The notes: a model not told the origin generated them from the letters alone. 64,000 nucleotides of DNA from a cyanobacterium endosymbiont of Rhopalodia gibba (GCA_045159875.1 CP067995.1:1600001-1664000); one strand, 5' to 3'; numbered from the stretch's first letter, positions 23,090 to 34,388 are shown. A program made the numbers and translations.

Positions 23090-24052
23090 CATTAAATTGT
23101 ATCCAATTGAATGTTTTCAGTTAATTTATGCCTCTGGAATTTAAGTGTTTAACTCAATTCAATGAGTAAGATTCTAAATTATAGAATTAACATTAACTTG
23201 TATTTATTGTGATTTAGGCAGAAATGAAGTTTATCAAGATAGTAAATTAACTATTAGGAATTTGCATTGGGGAGAAAAAGCTGTATCTCTGAAGATTAGT
23301 CGTCATCACATGGGCATAGATGTAGTCGAGAAGGAAGAGTTAAACCACCTTAAAAAATAAAGTAAGTAAACAAAAAGTAAAAACAATGCTCAGAGATTTA
23401 GGTCAAAAATTATAGATGAAAAAATCTTAGATATTAAAATGTTTAGCAACTTAGTAAAATGGCTGCAATTAAAGGACAAGAAAACTATTATGTAGTATTA
23501 CATAGATTTATATAAATGAGTAAACATAGAAATTGTAGAAATGGACAAATAAATGCCATAAGCTGAGGTACTAGCAAATAGATTTTGTGTGATAAAACAA
23601 TATTTAAGTAGATAATCAAAAAGAGCTCTCAAATAAGAAAATAAAGAACTTGAGAATACCAGTCAAAAAAGAAAAAACTCTCGGAGTTAAATTTAAGAGT
23701 AAATATGTTTTATTTAAAAATTAAAAAGATTAGAGCAAAGAATTAAAAGCTAAATTAAAATCAGATATAAATCTGATACATAAAACCTTACTAGTTTTCC
23801 CTAAAATATACTAATTGAAAGAAAAAATTAGAGAATACTTGAAAATACTTAGATTGAGTATTAGGTTTATTGAAATCAACTGATCAGTTTTAAAAAGCTT
23901 ACCTATTATCTCCAAAAAGCTGTAAAAAAATTAGACATTGGATTTGAGGAATTATTGTCCATTATGACTAACGAACAACAGAAGGAATTAATAATAAATT
24001 GAAGTTGATTAAAAAGAAAGCTGATGGATTCAGAAATTTTGTAGATCTTTAA
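23090..24052 (+). mobile_element. Decayed ISL3-family transposase
   Basis: Collinear remnants: CIYC...IRNLHWGEKAVSLKISR, IKGQENYYVVL, MP*AEVLANRFCVIKQ, KSKYVLFKN, EGINNKLKLIKKKADGFRNF (23981-24040). Confidence 0.88.
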
Positions 24053-24292
24053 CTCCAAAACTCCTTGACTCACCATCTCACTAGTCAATTCTACATTATC
24101 AATTCGGTATAACCTTAAAAACCAATCGAATGAGTCTAGCATAGAAGGAAATCATACCCGGCAAGGGAGTTCTTGAAATTTCTTACTAATTTCTTAATTT
24201 TCTTGTCCAAGGACTAAATACGTTTTTAGCATCAGCTGTCAAAATCTGCAGTTGATTACGGATTAGGAAGATTTTCTTTGTGAGTTAACCCT

Positions 24293-25771
24293 TTATACAC
24301 AATCATTTTTGAGAGTATCGGGTTTATCATGAACTGCTAAACGTTCTATTAGGGTAGCACTCGCTTCGTTGAGGCCGATTAGGTCAACTTTGACGTTATG
24401 TTTGCGGAACCGTAAGACAACCTTATCGACAGCATCGACGGCAGAATGATCCCACAAATGAGCATGAGTTAAATCGATAATCACTTTTTGCAGGTTTTCC
24501 TGGAAATCGAAAGCACTGATGAAGTTATCAACAGAAACAAAAAATATCTGTCCATTAACACTATAAACTCGTTCATTTCCATCTCCTTTGAGTAGGGAAT
24601 CTACAAAAATAAGAGAGGCAATTTTACGACTGAAGAAAATAGCACTCATAGCCACTCCAATAAGCACCCCAATAGCTAGATTATGGGTTAACACAGTAAT
24701 TAACACTGTGGTAATCATTACTGCAGTTTCGTTCTTTGGAAACTTAGTAATATTGAGGAGAGAATTCCAGTTAAAGGTGCTAATAGAAACCATAATCATA
24801 ATTGTTACTAAAGCCGCCATAGGAATTCGTGCTATCCAATCGCCAAAAACTAAAATAAAAGTCAAAAGAAAAATTCCAGCACTAAGAGTTGAAAGTCTTG
24901 CTCGTCCTCCAGAACGAATATTGATCACAGATTGACCAATCATGGCACATCCAGCCATTCCACCAAAAAATCCTGTCACAATATTTGCTATTCCTTGGGC
25001 GATCGCCTCCTGATTTTTATTACTAGATGTATCGGTTAAATCATCAATTACATTAGCAGTCAAAAAAGATTCCAATAATCCTACCAAAGATAGAGTGAAA
25101 GCATAGGGCAGAATAATTTGTAATGTCTCGAAGTTCCAAGGAATGTCTGGGACAAAAAATACGGGGAGAGTACGAGGAAGATTTCCAATATCCCCAACAG
25201 TAGGCACTTGAATCTCTGTCACTAAAGAAATAATAGTTAAGCCAACGATAGCTACTAATGGAGAAGGGATAACAGTTGTGAGACGAGGTAAACCGTAGAT
25301 AATTACCAGCCCTATAGCAACCATCCCGTAAACTAACCAAGAAGCCTCCTTAAATTGAGGCAGTTGGGCGTCAAAAATCAGAATAGCTAGAGCATTAACA
25401 AATCCTATCATAACCGCTTTTGGAACAAAGCGTATTTGATGACCGAGTTTGATCCAACCTAAAATAATCTGGAGAATCCCTGTTAGGATCGTTGTGGCTA
25501 ATAAGTATTGTAGTCCATAGTCTTGAACTAAAGTAGTCATTAATAAAGCCATTGCTCCTGTCGTTGCCGAAATCATCCCAGGCCGACCACCAATAAAAGC
25601 AGTAATAGTGGCAATGCAAAAAGAGGAATATAGTCCTACTTGAGGGTCAACTCCCGCGACAATAGAGAAAGCGATAGCTTCAGGAATTAGGGCTAAAGCT
25701 ATCACAGCCCCTGCTAGGAGATCATTTTTAACATTAGAAAACCAGACTTTTTTAGTAAAAATTTCACTCAT
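24293..25771 (-). CDS. SulP-family anion permease with STAS domain
   Basis: [33 protein letters not shown]-terminal STAS. Confidence 0.93.
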   Translation of the reverse strand: MSEIFTKKVWFSNVKNDLLAGAVIALALIPEAIAFSIVAGVDPQVGLYSSFCIATITAFIGGRPGMISATTGAMALLMTTLVQDYGLQYLLATTILTGILQIILGWIKLGHQIRFVPKAVMIGFVNALAILIFDAQLPQFKEASWLVYGMVAIGLVIIYGLPRLTTVIPSPLVAIVGLTIISLVTEIQVPTVGDIGNLPRTLPVFFVPDIPWNFETLQIILPYAFTLSLVGLLESFLTANVIDDLTDTSSNKNQEAIAQGIANIVTGFFGGMAGCAMIGQSVINIRSGGRARLSTLSAGIFLLTFILVFGDWIARIPMAALVTIMIMVSISTFNWNSLLNITKFPKNETAVMITTVLITVLTHNLAIGVLIGVAMSAIFFSRKIASLIFVDSLLKGDGNERVYSVNGQIFFVSVDNFISAFDFQENLQKVIIDLTHAHLWDHSAVDAVDKVVLRFRKHNVKVDLIGLNEASATLIERLAVHDKPDTLKNDCV

Positions 25772-26329
25772 ACTTCTTTAACAAATAAAGATGATCTTAA
25801 ATTTAAGGTGTACGGGATTAATATTATTTTCCTACTAAGTAGGTAACTTCGGTTATGCTAGCCGATTAATTGATGATTCACTGCATCACTTCATACAGCA
25901 ACAAACAACCTGATGCGATACCTCGTCTTCTAGCTATCATCTCTGTAACTGTCATTTCTCTAGTTACTTATACAGGTAATTCCTTATACAAGTAATACTA
26001 GTATATTCTCAGAAAATTACAGTTAAATATAGACTGACAGTGATTGACTCTCTAACCACGACTATTAATTTAGCAAAAAATGCAAACAATAAAATTTGAT
26101 TGAATAATCTAGCCTGAGAGGAAATTAACAACTATATTTTTCTCAATCATCGTCATGGAAAATTTAAAGGCTTGCGATCATTTACGACTATGCAAACAGC
26201 CTTAAATTCCCCTACGGGAAATTATATATACTTTCTATGAAAGTCGTCCTTCTCTGAAAAGTCTAAAATACCTCTATCATAAAAGTTTAAATAGGCTAAA
26301 GTAGCGGTTAAGCAAAGATTGTAGTTTCT

Positions 26330-26900
26330 TTTGTTAAATTTGAAGTCTTGACAAGAATAATCTAGTAGTTTGCAGATAGTTTTTCAAGCCTTGAAAAACT
26401 ATCTGCAAACTACATGCAATGTTCTGAAGAAGCTTTAAACCGGCAATTTTTAGTTCATAGTATTCGAAAAATACTTAGAAGAATAGGTAAAATTATTAAA
26501 CTGTGTTAAAATCGAAGTAGTTGTTGTTTACCTCTGAACAGAAAGGAGAAAAAGTTAAACAAGTTAATAAACTTAAAATACTACAATACAAATATCTTAA
26601 CTATATTTGGTACATTTAATTTGTTAAAGAGTTGTTTGTTTGAACAATGGTTAGTTTCTTATGAGATAGTGATCGCTAAATTTTGGATTCACTTGGTTCA
26701 TAAAGAGATAAAAAAACAGTTCAAGAAGTATGAATCAGACGAATTAGAATCATAGCGGATGCATTCTGAAAATTGGCAACAGAAAAGGTCATACAATATG
26801 CAGCTTTAGCAGAAAAAACATTAGCTTATACTAGCTAGTGCTGAGCATGTATTCTGCCAGTTAATTAAAGGGGACCGTCAGTGTAAGTATACTACTTTAA
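26330..26900 (+). pseudogene. Polyphosphate kinase 2 / polyP:AMP phosphotransferase N-terminal domain remnant
   Basis: FEQWLVSYEIVIAKFWIHL..KEIKKQFKKYESDELES*RM.SENWQQ, then LAEKTLAYTS and LIKGDRQ, matching the PPK2 KFWxHxS...EDW region. Confidence 0.65.
26365..26413. repeat. Perfect inverted repeat, 24-bp arms, 1-nt spacer
   Basis: GTAGTTTGCAGATAGTTTTTCAAG-c-CTTGAAAAACTATCTGCAAACTAC. Confidence 0.95.
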
Positions 26901-27733
26901 TAGTAAATTATATTGTAGCTACTAAATAGGAAGATTCAAAAATAGATAAACAAAAACTTAGCAGAAATATAATAATTTCTTTAAATACTCTCTGAGCGTT
27001 TCTAAAAACTATTTTTATAGTTTCATAATTAGTATTTTTTATAAAAAAAAATATAAATATCATTAGCTAAACTTTTATAAAAAGTTGTACGACAAGAAGA
27101 TATAAAAGTTTTTTAACTTTTTATGGTATCTAGTATAGTTGATTTTAAATTCAGTCAAGTCCATTATTGTTTGGGTTATTTATTTATATTTTAAGAATAA
27201 ATATCTTACTTTTATATTTAATTTTTTTTTGAATAAAATGTTACTTTTTAATGTTTATTAAATTTATAAAAACAGATGATAAATAAGAATTTTTATGTTA
27301 TTAACGATTAATTAATACTCTATATATAGAATGATAACTCGGATTTAATTTAAATTAAAATACTTTAAAGATTAACTAATTTCGGTATTTTATACCTAAA
27401 CAGTATATATTCAGATCGAATGAAGATTGAATTACAGTGAGATCACTTAAAAATTTTTCTGTTTAATAAAATCTTTAGTCATAATCTTAATCTAACTTTA
27501 AAACCTTTTTAATTTTTTTAAAAATATCAATTTTTACAATATAAACTTAACTCTAATTGTATAAATATTAGCAATATTAAATAATTAATCTTTTTTGATC
27601 GCTATTTAGAAATTTATAATTATTTGTTCTAAATTTATCTTTTATAAAAAGATGAATTTAAATATTATTTTATTATATGACTGAGGAATAATTTGTTTCT
27701 CTTACTTAGAAATGGTGTCACAAATCAGTCCAT

Positions 27734-29131
27734 TTAAATTGACTTAGAAAATGATTGTTCTTTACGTTTTTTAAGATAAATATCAAAGACAGAAGCAACA
27801 TTACGGATCAATAATCTTCCAGGAGGTGTGATTTCAATATGATCGCTAAATAATTTGATTAAGCCATCAGTCTCTAGAGCTCTTAAATCAATTAATTCAT
27901 GAGCAAAATATTTGTCAAAATCAAGATTAAACGGAAGATTATACCTTTCTTCTAAATGAAACTTATTAAGTTTAAATTGACACATAAGTTCCATAATAAC
28001 TGCCCGTCGGATGATATCGTCTCGGTGGAGACTAACACCTTTCTCCATAGGTAGTTTTCCAGAAATTAGAGCTTTATAATAGTTTTTCAATCCCTTATAG
28101 TTCTGGATATAAACATCATTTAACATGCTAATAGCAGTTACGCCAAATGCAAAGAGATCAGATTCTGGTTTGGTGGTATATCCTTGGAAGTTACGATGTA
28201 ATTTACCTTCTTGTTGGGCAATCGTTAATTCATCATTGGGTCTAGCAAAGTGATCCATCCCAATATATATGTAACCACTGTGGCTTAATTTTTCAATAGT
28301 CATTTGAAAAATAGCCAGTTTTTCTGCTGCTTTAGGTAGATCTGTTTCAGAGATATTTTTCTGCGCTGGTTTCAACCAAGGCATATAGGCAAAGTTAAAT
28401 AAGGCAATGCGATCAGGATTGAGTTCAATGGTCTTTTTAACAGTCTCTTTAAAAGTTTCTAAAGTTTGAAAAGGTAGCCCATAAATCAAGTCAACATTAG
28501 CTCCTTCAAACTCTGCTTCTCGAATCCAACCCATCACATTAAATAGCATAGACTCAGGTTGAATACGATTGATTGCTTCTTGGACTTTTGAATTAAAATC
28601 TTGAATACCAAAGCTAATCCGATTAAAACCTAATTTTTTTAAGAAGAATATATAGTTTCTATCAATATGTCGAGGGTTAACTTCAATAGAAACTTCTGCT
28701 TTTTTATCAATATTAAAATTCTTAATTAAGCTATTAAATAACTGCTCCAGTTGTGGTTGATTCAAATAATTAGGAGTTCCGCCTCCCCAATGGATTTGAT
28801 TGACTTGACGAGAGGGAGAGATTAAAGCAGCAGTTTGATGAATATCCTGAATTAAATAACCTAAATAAGTAGGAGTAACTCTTTTGTTTTTAGTAATGAT
28901 TGTATTGCAGCCACAAAAATAACAAGCAGTCTCACAAAAGGGAATATGACAGTAAAGAGAAATAGGTTTTTTTTGATGATTTCCTGCTACTATTCCTGCC
29001 CAGAAATCTATTTCTCTTACCTCTGTTTTTAATTCGGTGGCAGGGGGATAACTGGTATAACGAGGTATGGATTTATTATATTTATTAAGTAGATCGGCAT
29101 TAAATTGTACAGTTTGTGAGTTAATTTTCAT
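27734..29131 (-). CDS. hemN: Oxygen-independent coproporphyrinogen III oxidase
   Basis: PRYTSYPPA, HIPFCETACYFCGCN radical-SAM motif, GGGTP, RNFQGYTT; start set at the ATG at 29131. Confidence 0.96.
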   Translation of the reverse strand: MKINSQTVQFNADLLNKYNKSIPRYTSYPPATELKTEVREIDFWAGIVAGNHQKKPISLYCHIPFCETACYFCGCNTIITKNKRVTPTYLGYLIQDIHQTAALISPSRQVNQIHWGGGTPNYLNQPQLEQLFNSLIKNFNIDKKAEVSIEVNPRHIDRNYIFFLKKLGFNRISFGIQDFNSKVQEAINRIQPESMLFNVMGWIREAEFEGANVDLIYGLPFQTLETFKETVKKTIELNPDRIALFNFAYMPWLKPAQKNISETDLPKAAEKLAIFQMTIEKLSHSGYIYIGMDHFARPNDELTIAQQEGKLHRNFQGYTTKPESDLFAFGVTAISMLNDVYIQNYKGLKNYYKALISGKLPMEKGVSLHRDDIIRRAVIMELMCQFKLNKFHLEERYNLPFNLDFDKYFAHELIDLRALETDGLIKLFSDHIEITPPGRLLIRNVASVFDIYLKKRKEQSFSKSI

Positions 29132-29258
29132 AGAGATCAACAATATTCTTAATAGTTTTTAAAATGTTTTTCTTTAAAAAAATATATTTTAGGAAATATA
29201 GCATTGATAAACAGCTGATAGTTTTTAACTTTGACTATTAAGTGGTTAGTTTCGAGTG

Positions 29259-29917
29259 TCATAAACCGGCTGTTAAGATTTCTACATTATGTCCATGACT
29301 ATTATGATGTTCCGCATTACCCGTCTGTCTTGACGAGTGACCAACTCAAAAACGTGGTCGTTATTAGTAGCTTTTGCATTATCTTCTGATTCATAGACTA
29401 TATCAAAGTCAAGGGTAAAATATACATTAATTTTATCGGCATTCTTTTTAAAGAAACTTACTATTAATCACTAAAAAAAATAATATATTCTAATATTTTC
29501 TTCTAAAGTCTCACTTAGTTTCTGAGATGTGAATCTCATTAAATTTCTAGAATTGGGTTTCTTCAACTAAAGTTAATTATAAAGCTGAATAAATAATTTT
29601 TCCTAAACTTAACTTGCTGGAAAATTAACAAGTTCTTTGCACTGAATTTTCCCTATATAAGATACTAAGTAATTTTCTAAAAACTGTTGGTAGTTCAGTC
29701 CAAAAAAATTAATCTGACCAACTACTAGACAATTATGACGACTTTGCAATTCTTCTTTTAACATACTGTTATAGATAATAAAAACCAACTAATACTTTTC
29801 TAAAGCTTTTCTTTCTAAGAATTTTTTTAGAAAAACATTTGGTGAATACTGTATTGTAGCTATAGTGTGAGAATGGCTGTTTTTTTCGCGCAATCTTGTA
29901 GCTAAATCACTACTCAT
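29259..29917 (-). pseudogene. ho2: Heme oxygenase 2 pseudogene
   Basis: SD GAGGAAGG plus MSSDLATRLRE...HSHT, NTVFTKCFLK, and C-terminal DHVFELVTRQDR resembling Ho2 EHTFDLLTRQDR; frameshifts, stops, deletions; directly upstream of hemN. Confidence 0.85.
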
Positions 29918-30252
29918 AGTTCCTTCCTCATAGATGGAACAGGCTTTCCTTACAAAGTAGACTTAATAATTAATTGTTTACTCACTCCATCACTGTACAA
30001 CTATATTTCGATATAAAGGATGATTTTAGTAAAACTTAACAAGTTTTTTGGGAAAACTCAACAACTCAAGTAAGAAGCCCAAAAAAGAGAAAAAACTAAT
30101 CTTCCTCTTTTTTAGGCATACTGTGAATATACCTGATTGTTTAACGAGTTAGACTAGAGTCTTGAAAACTTTATTTAAGTAATCTGGTTTCCTCTAAAGT
30201 TGAATAACATAGAAAAAATACTTAAAGATTAAGATTAAATGAGGATCGGCAA

Positions 30253-30765
30253 ATGATTGAAATGAACGTTGCTGGAATCGCCTTAGATGCCGTTACCCGA
30301 AGTCCCATTGTATTACTACAAGATGGCTCTGAACGTCGTGCTCTTCCCATTTTTATTGGACAAGATCAGGCAAAATCCATTATTGGAGCTTTGGAAAACC
30401 AGACTCCTCTTCGTCCTTTAACCCATGATTTAATTGTCAATCTATTTCAAGCGTGGGGAATGGAGTTAGACCGTATTATTATCCATTCTCTTCAAGATAA
30501 GACGTTTTATTCTGTGCTATGTTTACATCAAGGAGAAACTAAAAAAGAAATCGATTGTCGGCCTTCTGATGCTATTTCCATCGCCTTGCGCACAGGAAGT
30601 CCCATCTGGGTCATGGAAGAGGTGATTGCTAATGCGTCGATTCCTGTGAATCGGGATGCGGATGAGGAAGAACGCCGCGCCTTTCGTGAATTTGTGGAAA
30701 ATCTGTGTCCAGAAGATCTGATACAACGACGGGGAGAGGTTCCGGAGGATAATAATGAGCATTAG
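30253..30765 (+). CDS. Bifunctional nuclease family protein (DUF151)
   Basis: RALPIFIG, RPLTHDL, IDCRPSDAISIALR. Confidence 0.93.
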   Translation: MIEMNVAGIALDAVTRSPIVLLQDGSERRALPIFIGQDQAKSIIGALENQTPLRPLTHDLIVNLFQAWGMELDRIIIHSLQDKTFYSVLCLHQGETKKEIDCRPSDAISIALRTGSPIWVMEEVIANASIPVNRDADEEERRAFREFVENLCPEDLIQRRGEVPEDNNEH

Positions 30766-30827
30766 CAATAGTAGACATGATTAGACATGATTTATTCTTG
30801 CCTTTTGCTTAGTACTAAGGTAGTGGT

Positions 30828-31952
30828 ATGCGCTATAGACGTTTCGGTAAAACAAATCTACTATTGTCCGTTTTTTCCCTAGGGACCATGCGCTGTTTGT
30901 CTTCTGAGGCTATATTTGGACAAACTGTCGAACAAGCGATCACCTTAGGAATCAATCATTTCGAAACAGCAAAAGGTTACGGAAACAGTGAACGTTACTT
31001 AGGACAGTTCCTCGCTCAGCAATCTTCAAGCTGCCGAGAGAAACTTTATATTACAACGAAGTTACCACCTACTCCTAACCCCGATCAAATGAGTCAGTGG
31101 CTCGATGAGTCTTTACAACGTCTTCAAGTAGATTATATCAACTGTTTAGCCATTCATGGAATTAACACATGGGACCATTTTCATTGGCTTACTCAGCCTA
31201 ATGGATGTTGGATAGCATTGCAAAAAGCATTAGACGACAGAAGAATTCATCATCTAGGATTTTCAACTCACGGCAATTTAGACTTAATTTTAGCAACAAT
31301 AAAAACGAATTTATTTGAATTTGTCAATCTTCATTATTATTATTTTTTCCAACGCAATGCGCCCGCAATCGTCCTCGCATCCCAAAAAGATCTGGGAATA
31401 TTTATCATTTCTCCTGGAGATAAAGGAGGTGGTCTTTATACTCCACCAGACCGCCTACAAAGTTTGTGTAAGCCGTTTTCTCCGTTAGAATTAACCTATC
31501 GGTTTTTGTTGAGCGATGAACGTATAACCACTTTAAGTGTAGGAGCAGCAAATCCCGGAGAATTAGCTTGTCCTTTAGAGTTAGATGTGGGGCCTCTTAC
31601 CTTAAGCGAAATAGAGCTCTTCCAACGTTTAGAAACTCATACAGAAACAACTTTAGGAAGTGATCATTGTCGTCAATGTTATCAATGTCTTCCCTGTCCT
31701 GAAACCATAAACATTCCTGAAGTACTACGATTACGTAATCTCGCCATTGCCTATGACATGACTAATTTTGCCCAATATCGTTATAGGATGTTTGAGAATG
31801 CTGCTCATTGGTTTCAAGGAAATAAAGGCAGCCATTGTACTGAATGTGGTGATTGTCTTCCCCGTTGTCCTGAAAAATTAAATATTCCTAAATTATTGCA
31901 AGATACCCATCAACAACTGAATGGTTCACCTAGTCGGCGTCTGTGGGAGTGA
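30828..31952 (+). CDS. Aldo/keto reductase with C-terminal 4Fe-4S dicluster
   Basis: MRYRRFGKT, ETAKGYG, GFSTHG, CRQCYQCLPCP, CTECGDCLPRCP. Confidence 0.9.
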   Translation: MRYRRFGKTNLLLSVFSLGTMRCLSSEAIFGQTVEQAITLGINHFETAKGYGNSERYLGQFLAQQSSSCREKLYITTKLPPTPNPDQMSQWLDESLQRLQVDYINCLAIHGINTWDHFHWLTQPNGCWIALQKALDDRRIHHLGFSTHGNLDLILATIKTNLFEFVNLHYYYFFQRNAPAIVLASQKDLGIFIISPGDKGGGLYTPPDRLQSLCKPFSPLELTYRFLLSDERITTLSVGAANPGELACPLELDVGPLTLSEIELFQRLETHTETTLGSDHCRQCYQCLPCPETINIPEVLRLRNLAIAYDMTNFAQYRYRMFENAAHWFQGNKGSHCTECGDCLPRCPEKLNIPKLLQDTHQQLNGSPSRRLWE

Positions 31953-32031
31953 TTTCTTTTCGATTATTGTTGTTATTGTTTCACTTATTATTTAATGTGG
32001 ACTTTCTAGTCTAGGAGGTCAATAATTTTTC

Positions 32032-32652
32032 TTAATCCATTCTGTACTTTTCCCAAGTTGCTAAATCTTCGGGACGATCTATATCAGACAAAACAGGTAG
32101 AACAAATGTATTTAGGTTGAGTTGTCGAGCAATAATTTTGGTTTTAGATAAGACCTCATTTGTTCCCCAAGGAATATTTTGAAATAACTCAGGGATAATT
32201 TTTCTTAGTCCAATTAAATAGTAACCACCATCAGATGCTTCTCCTAAGACTAAATCATTCTCATCTAACGACTCAAAAGCATTCATAATAATTTTTATAT
32301 TCAGATCAGGACAATCAATTCCAATAATGACTACTCTAGAGAATTTTAATTGAAAAGAATCCTCAAAAGCTAACTTCATTCGATTTCCTAAATCTTCCTC
32401 ATGCTGAGAACAATAATTTAAATCATTTCCCAGCCAACTTTCCATAAATTCTTGACTAGCTCCTGTATAGTAAACAGTGATAGAAATTTTTTTTATTAAT
32501 TTTCTTACTTCTGTTATCGTGTGCTCTGTAAGTTGAAGCTGTAACTTTGCTGCACCTTCTGGCCCTAAAGCTGGAATCAAGCGCGTTTTGGTTTTTTTAG
32601 GTTCAGGATAACGAGTAAAAACAATTAAGCGGTGGCAATTCTTATTAGTCAT
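32032..32652 (-). CDS. TIGR04282/DUF2064 glycosyltransferase-like protein
   Basis: FTRYPE..KTKTRLIP, IIGIDCP, LGEASDGGYYLIG, DIDRPEDL. Confidence 0.88.
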   Translation of the reverse strand: MTNKNCHRLIVFTRYPEPKKTKTRLIPALGPEGAAKLQLQLTEHTITEVRKLIKKISITVYYTGASQEFMESWLGNDLNYCSQHEEDLGNRMKLAFEDSFQLKFSRVVIIGIDCPDLNIKIIMNAFESLDENDLVLGEASDGGYYLIGLRKIIPELFQNIPWGTNEVLSKTKIIARQLNLNTFVLPVLSDIDRPEDLATWEKYRMD

Positions 32653-32664
32653 TTTACTGGCTTA

Positions 32665-33050
32665 TCATCGACCAATCAGTCCCTTATACAGTCGAGGATT
32701 TAAGGATTGTTAGCGATAATTAAAGGTTGGGGTTTTAAGTAGGTTATAAGCTGAAACTTCTTGGACCTTTTGAAAAAATAGAAGAAAGGGTATCCAATTA
32801 GGTTTACTATCAGGAGAGTAAGCTCGCCATGACACAAAATTATACTAACCAGTAAATAAGATTAAAAACTTTAAGTCAATAGAAGCAGGGGGAATTTCAT
32901 AAAAGATAGTTTATATTTGAGGCTCATCTTCACCCTGAAAAAGGTGAAAAAATCCTGTGTATCTAAATCTACACTAGCATGAGGAATATAAATTCGTAAA
33001 ATTTATCCTCGGATTAGTTTGAGCTTTCACCTCAAGATTTAGTTAACCAG
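32665..33050 (-). pseudogene. Unidentified gene remnant upstream of the DUF2064 gene
   Basis: Protein-like frames with scattered stops (LRIYIPHASVDL; IFYEIPPASIDL...YR*QSLNPRLYKGLIGR*) ending 12 bp before the next start. Confidence 0.35.
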
Positions 33051-33078
33051 TCTCAATCTTTTTTTATAAAGATTTATT

Positions 33079-33120
33079 TTGAGATAATGCACAAAACTAA
33101 TTTTCTGTGCATTATCTCAA
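33079..33120. repeat. Inverted repeat, 15-bp perfect arms, 12-nt loop
   Basis: TTGAGATAATGCACA ... TGTGCATTATCTCAA. Confidence 0.9.
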
Positions 33121-33242
33121 TACATAGTAACCAGGAGTTTATTATGAGCAGAGATCTTAATCAAGGGCAACAAGGAACAAGAAATTTCTCATGAATCGTT
33201 TCTGATTACTATATATAGTTAATTCATAAACCTTGAAAATAG

Positions 33243-33272
33243 CCTAGAGACGTTGTGCACAAAGTCTCCAGG
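33243..33272. repeat. Degenerate REP-like hairpin 3' of rbp (possible terminator or stabiliser)
   Basis: CCTAGAGACGTTGTGCACAAAGTCTCCAGG, resembling the cyanobacterial GTAGAGACGTTG..CAACGTCTCTAC repeat. Confidence 0.45.
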
Positions 33273-33366
33273 AAAATAAGGTCATATAATTTGGATTGGT
33301 CTGAAGAGATGTCGATCCACAAAAAGACCACACCGATTTAAAGTGTGGTAAATAACATCAGACAGT

Positions 33367-33660
33367 TTAGAAGCGGTTCCGTCCGCGTCCGCCACCATAG
33401 CCTCCACCACCACGCTGTTCGCGTTCTCTGGCTTTGTTGACCTTGAGAGTACGCCCCATCCACTCAGCTCCATCAAGGGTCTCGATGGCTTTATCTTCTT
33501 CAGTAACTGAGTTCATTTCAACAAATGCAAAGCCACGCATCCGACCCGTTTCCCGGTCAGTAGGGACATATACTCTTTTGACTGAACCATATTCGGCGAA
33601 GACCGAATTAAGATCATCTTCTGTAACATCGTAAGAAAGGTTGCCTACATAAATGGACAT
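33367..33660 (-). CDS. rbpA: RRM RNA-binding protein with Gly-rich tail
   Basis: MSIYVGNL (RNP2), RGFAFVEM (RNP1), GGGGYGGG tail; real start is the ATG at 33660, not 33765. Confidence 0.93.
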   Translation of the reverse strand: MSIYVGNLSYDVTEDDLNSVFAEYGSVKRVYVPTDRETGRMRGFAFVEMNSVTEEDKAIETLDGAEWMGRTLKVNKAREREQRGGGGYGGGRGRNRF

Positions 33661-33775
33661 AGATTGTCTCCATTGACGACTGATGTGTGTAGAGATATTA
33701 GATTTCGGAGAGCATCTTGCCAAGACAAAACGGGAAAAACCTGTCAATGCTAATAACAAACTCAAAACCGATACT
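33661..33775 (-). promoter_or_regulatory. Conserved rbp 5' leader (Box I TCTCCGAA pairing with the RBS)
   Basis: Minus strand TCTCCGAA at 33704-33711, GGAGA RBS just before the ATG, Box II-like TTTGTTATTAGC at 33749-33760. Confidence 0.6.
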
Positions 33776-33950
33776 CAAACTCTCATTATTTCAATAATAG
33801 CACTTTCAGAAGAAGAAAGAAACATTTTAGCCAACTCGGTACGTCTTCCTCACAGAGAATCACCTAACTTTACTTTAAAAAAATTTGTTAAGATCCATTG
33901 TGTTAATTTTTTCTTCATATTTTTTTTCTTACTTCCTTATCCTAATATTC

Positions 33951-33980
33951 CCCATTAATCCCCATTAATCCCCATTAATC
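33951..33980 (+). repeat. Tandem repeat (CCCATTAATC)x3
   Basis: Three exact 10-bp units ending 9 bp before the ATG at 33990. Confidence 0.95.
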
Positions 33981-33989
33981 TAAACCCTA

Positions 33990-34388
33990 ATGTATCAGTC
34001 GGATTACTCTTTACCTGACTTAGCTCAAGGATCTCTATTACAAGAATTTCTTGAAACTCTGCCGCTCCCATATAGAACCATAGTAGCAATCGCCTATTTT
34101 ACTTCGTCAAGAATTAGTGATATTTTATTCTTAAAAACTAGCGATATTTACCCTAATCAAATCAAGATTACCAAATCAGAATCCAATTTTAACAAATTAG
34201 TTCCTATAACTCCCTTGTTAAGACCTTATTTAACTATTTATCTTAATGGACTTAAGCCTCAAAAATCAGCTTTTCTATTTGTTAATTCCCAGGGACAACC
34301 TTTAACAAGTTGGGTGGTTTTTCGGGTATTGAATATAACAGCGCGTCAAATTAATCTTCCAGAAGTTTATCTTTTTATTCTTCGTTAA
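33990..34388 (+). CDS. Short tyrosine-recombinase (phage integrase family) domain protein, catalytically incomplete
   Basis: IAYFTSSRISDIL.LK..DI (box I Arg), VPI, FLF.N..G.PL; ends before the HxxR and Tyr motifs. Confidence 0.7.
   Translation: MYQSDYSLPDLAQGSLLQEFLETLPLPYRTIVAIAYFTSSRISDILFLKTSDIYPNQIKITKSESNFNKLVPITPLLRPYLTIYLNGLKPQKSAFLFVNSQGQPLTSWVVFRVLNITARQINLPEVYLFILR

Noticed and set aside
23906..24142. 78-aa minus-strand ORF
   Set aside because: Largely antisense to the ISL3 C-terminal remnant; the rest is unrecognisable.
25976..25989. GTA-N8-TAC NtcA-like site upstream of sulP
   Set aside because: No properly spaced -10 box, and the motif is expected by chance in AT-rich DNA.
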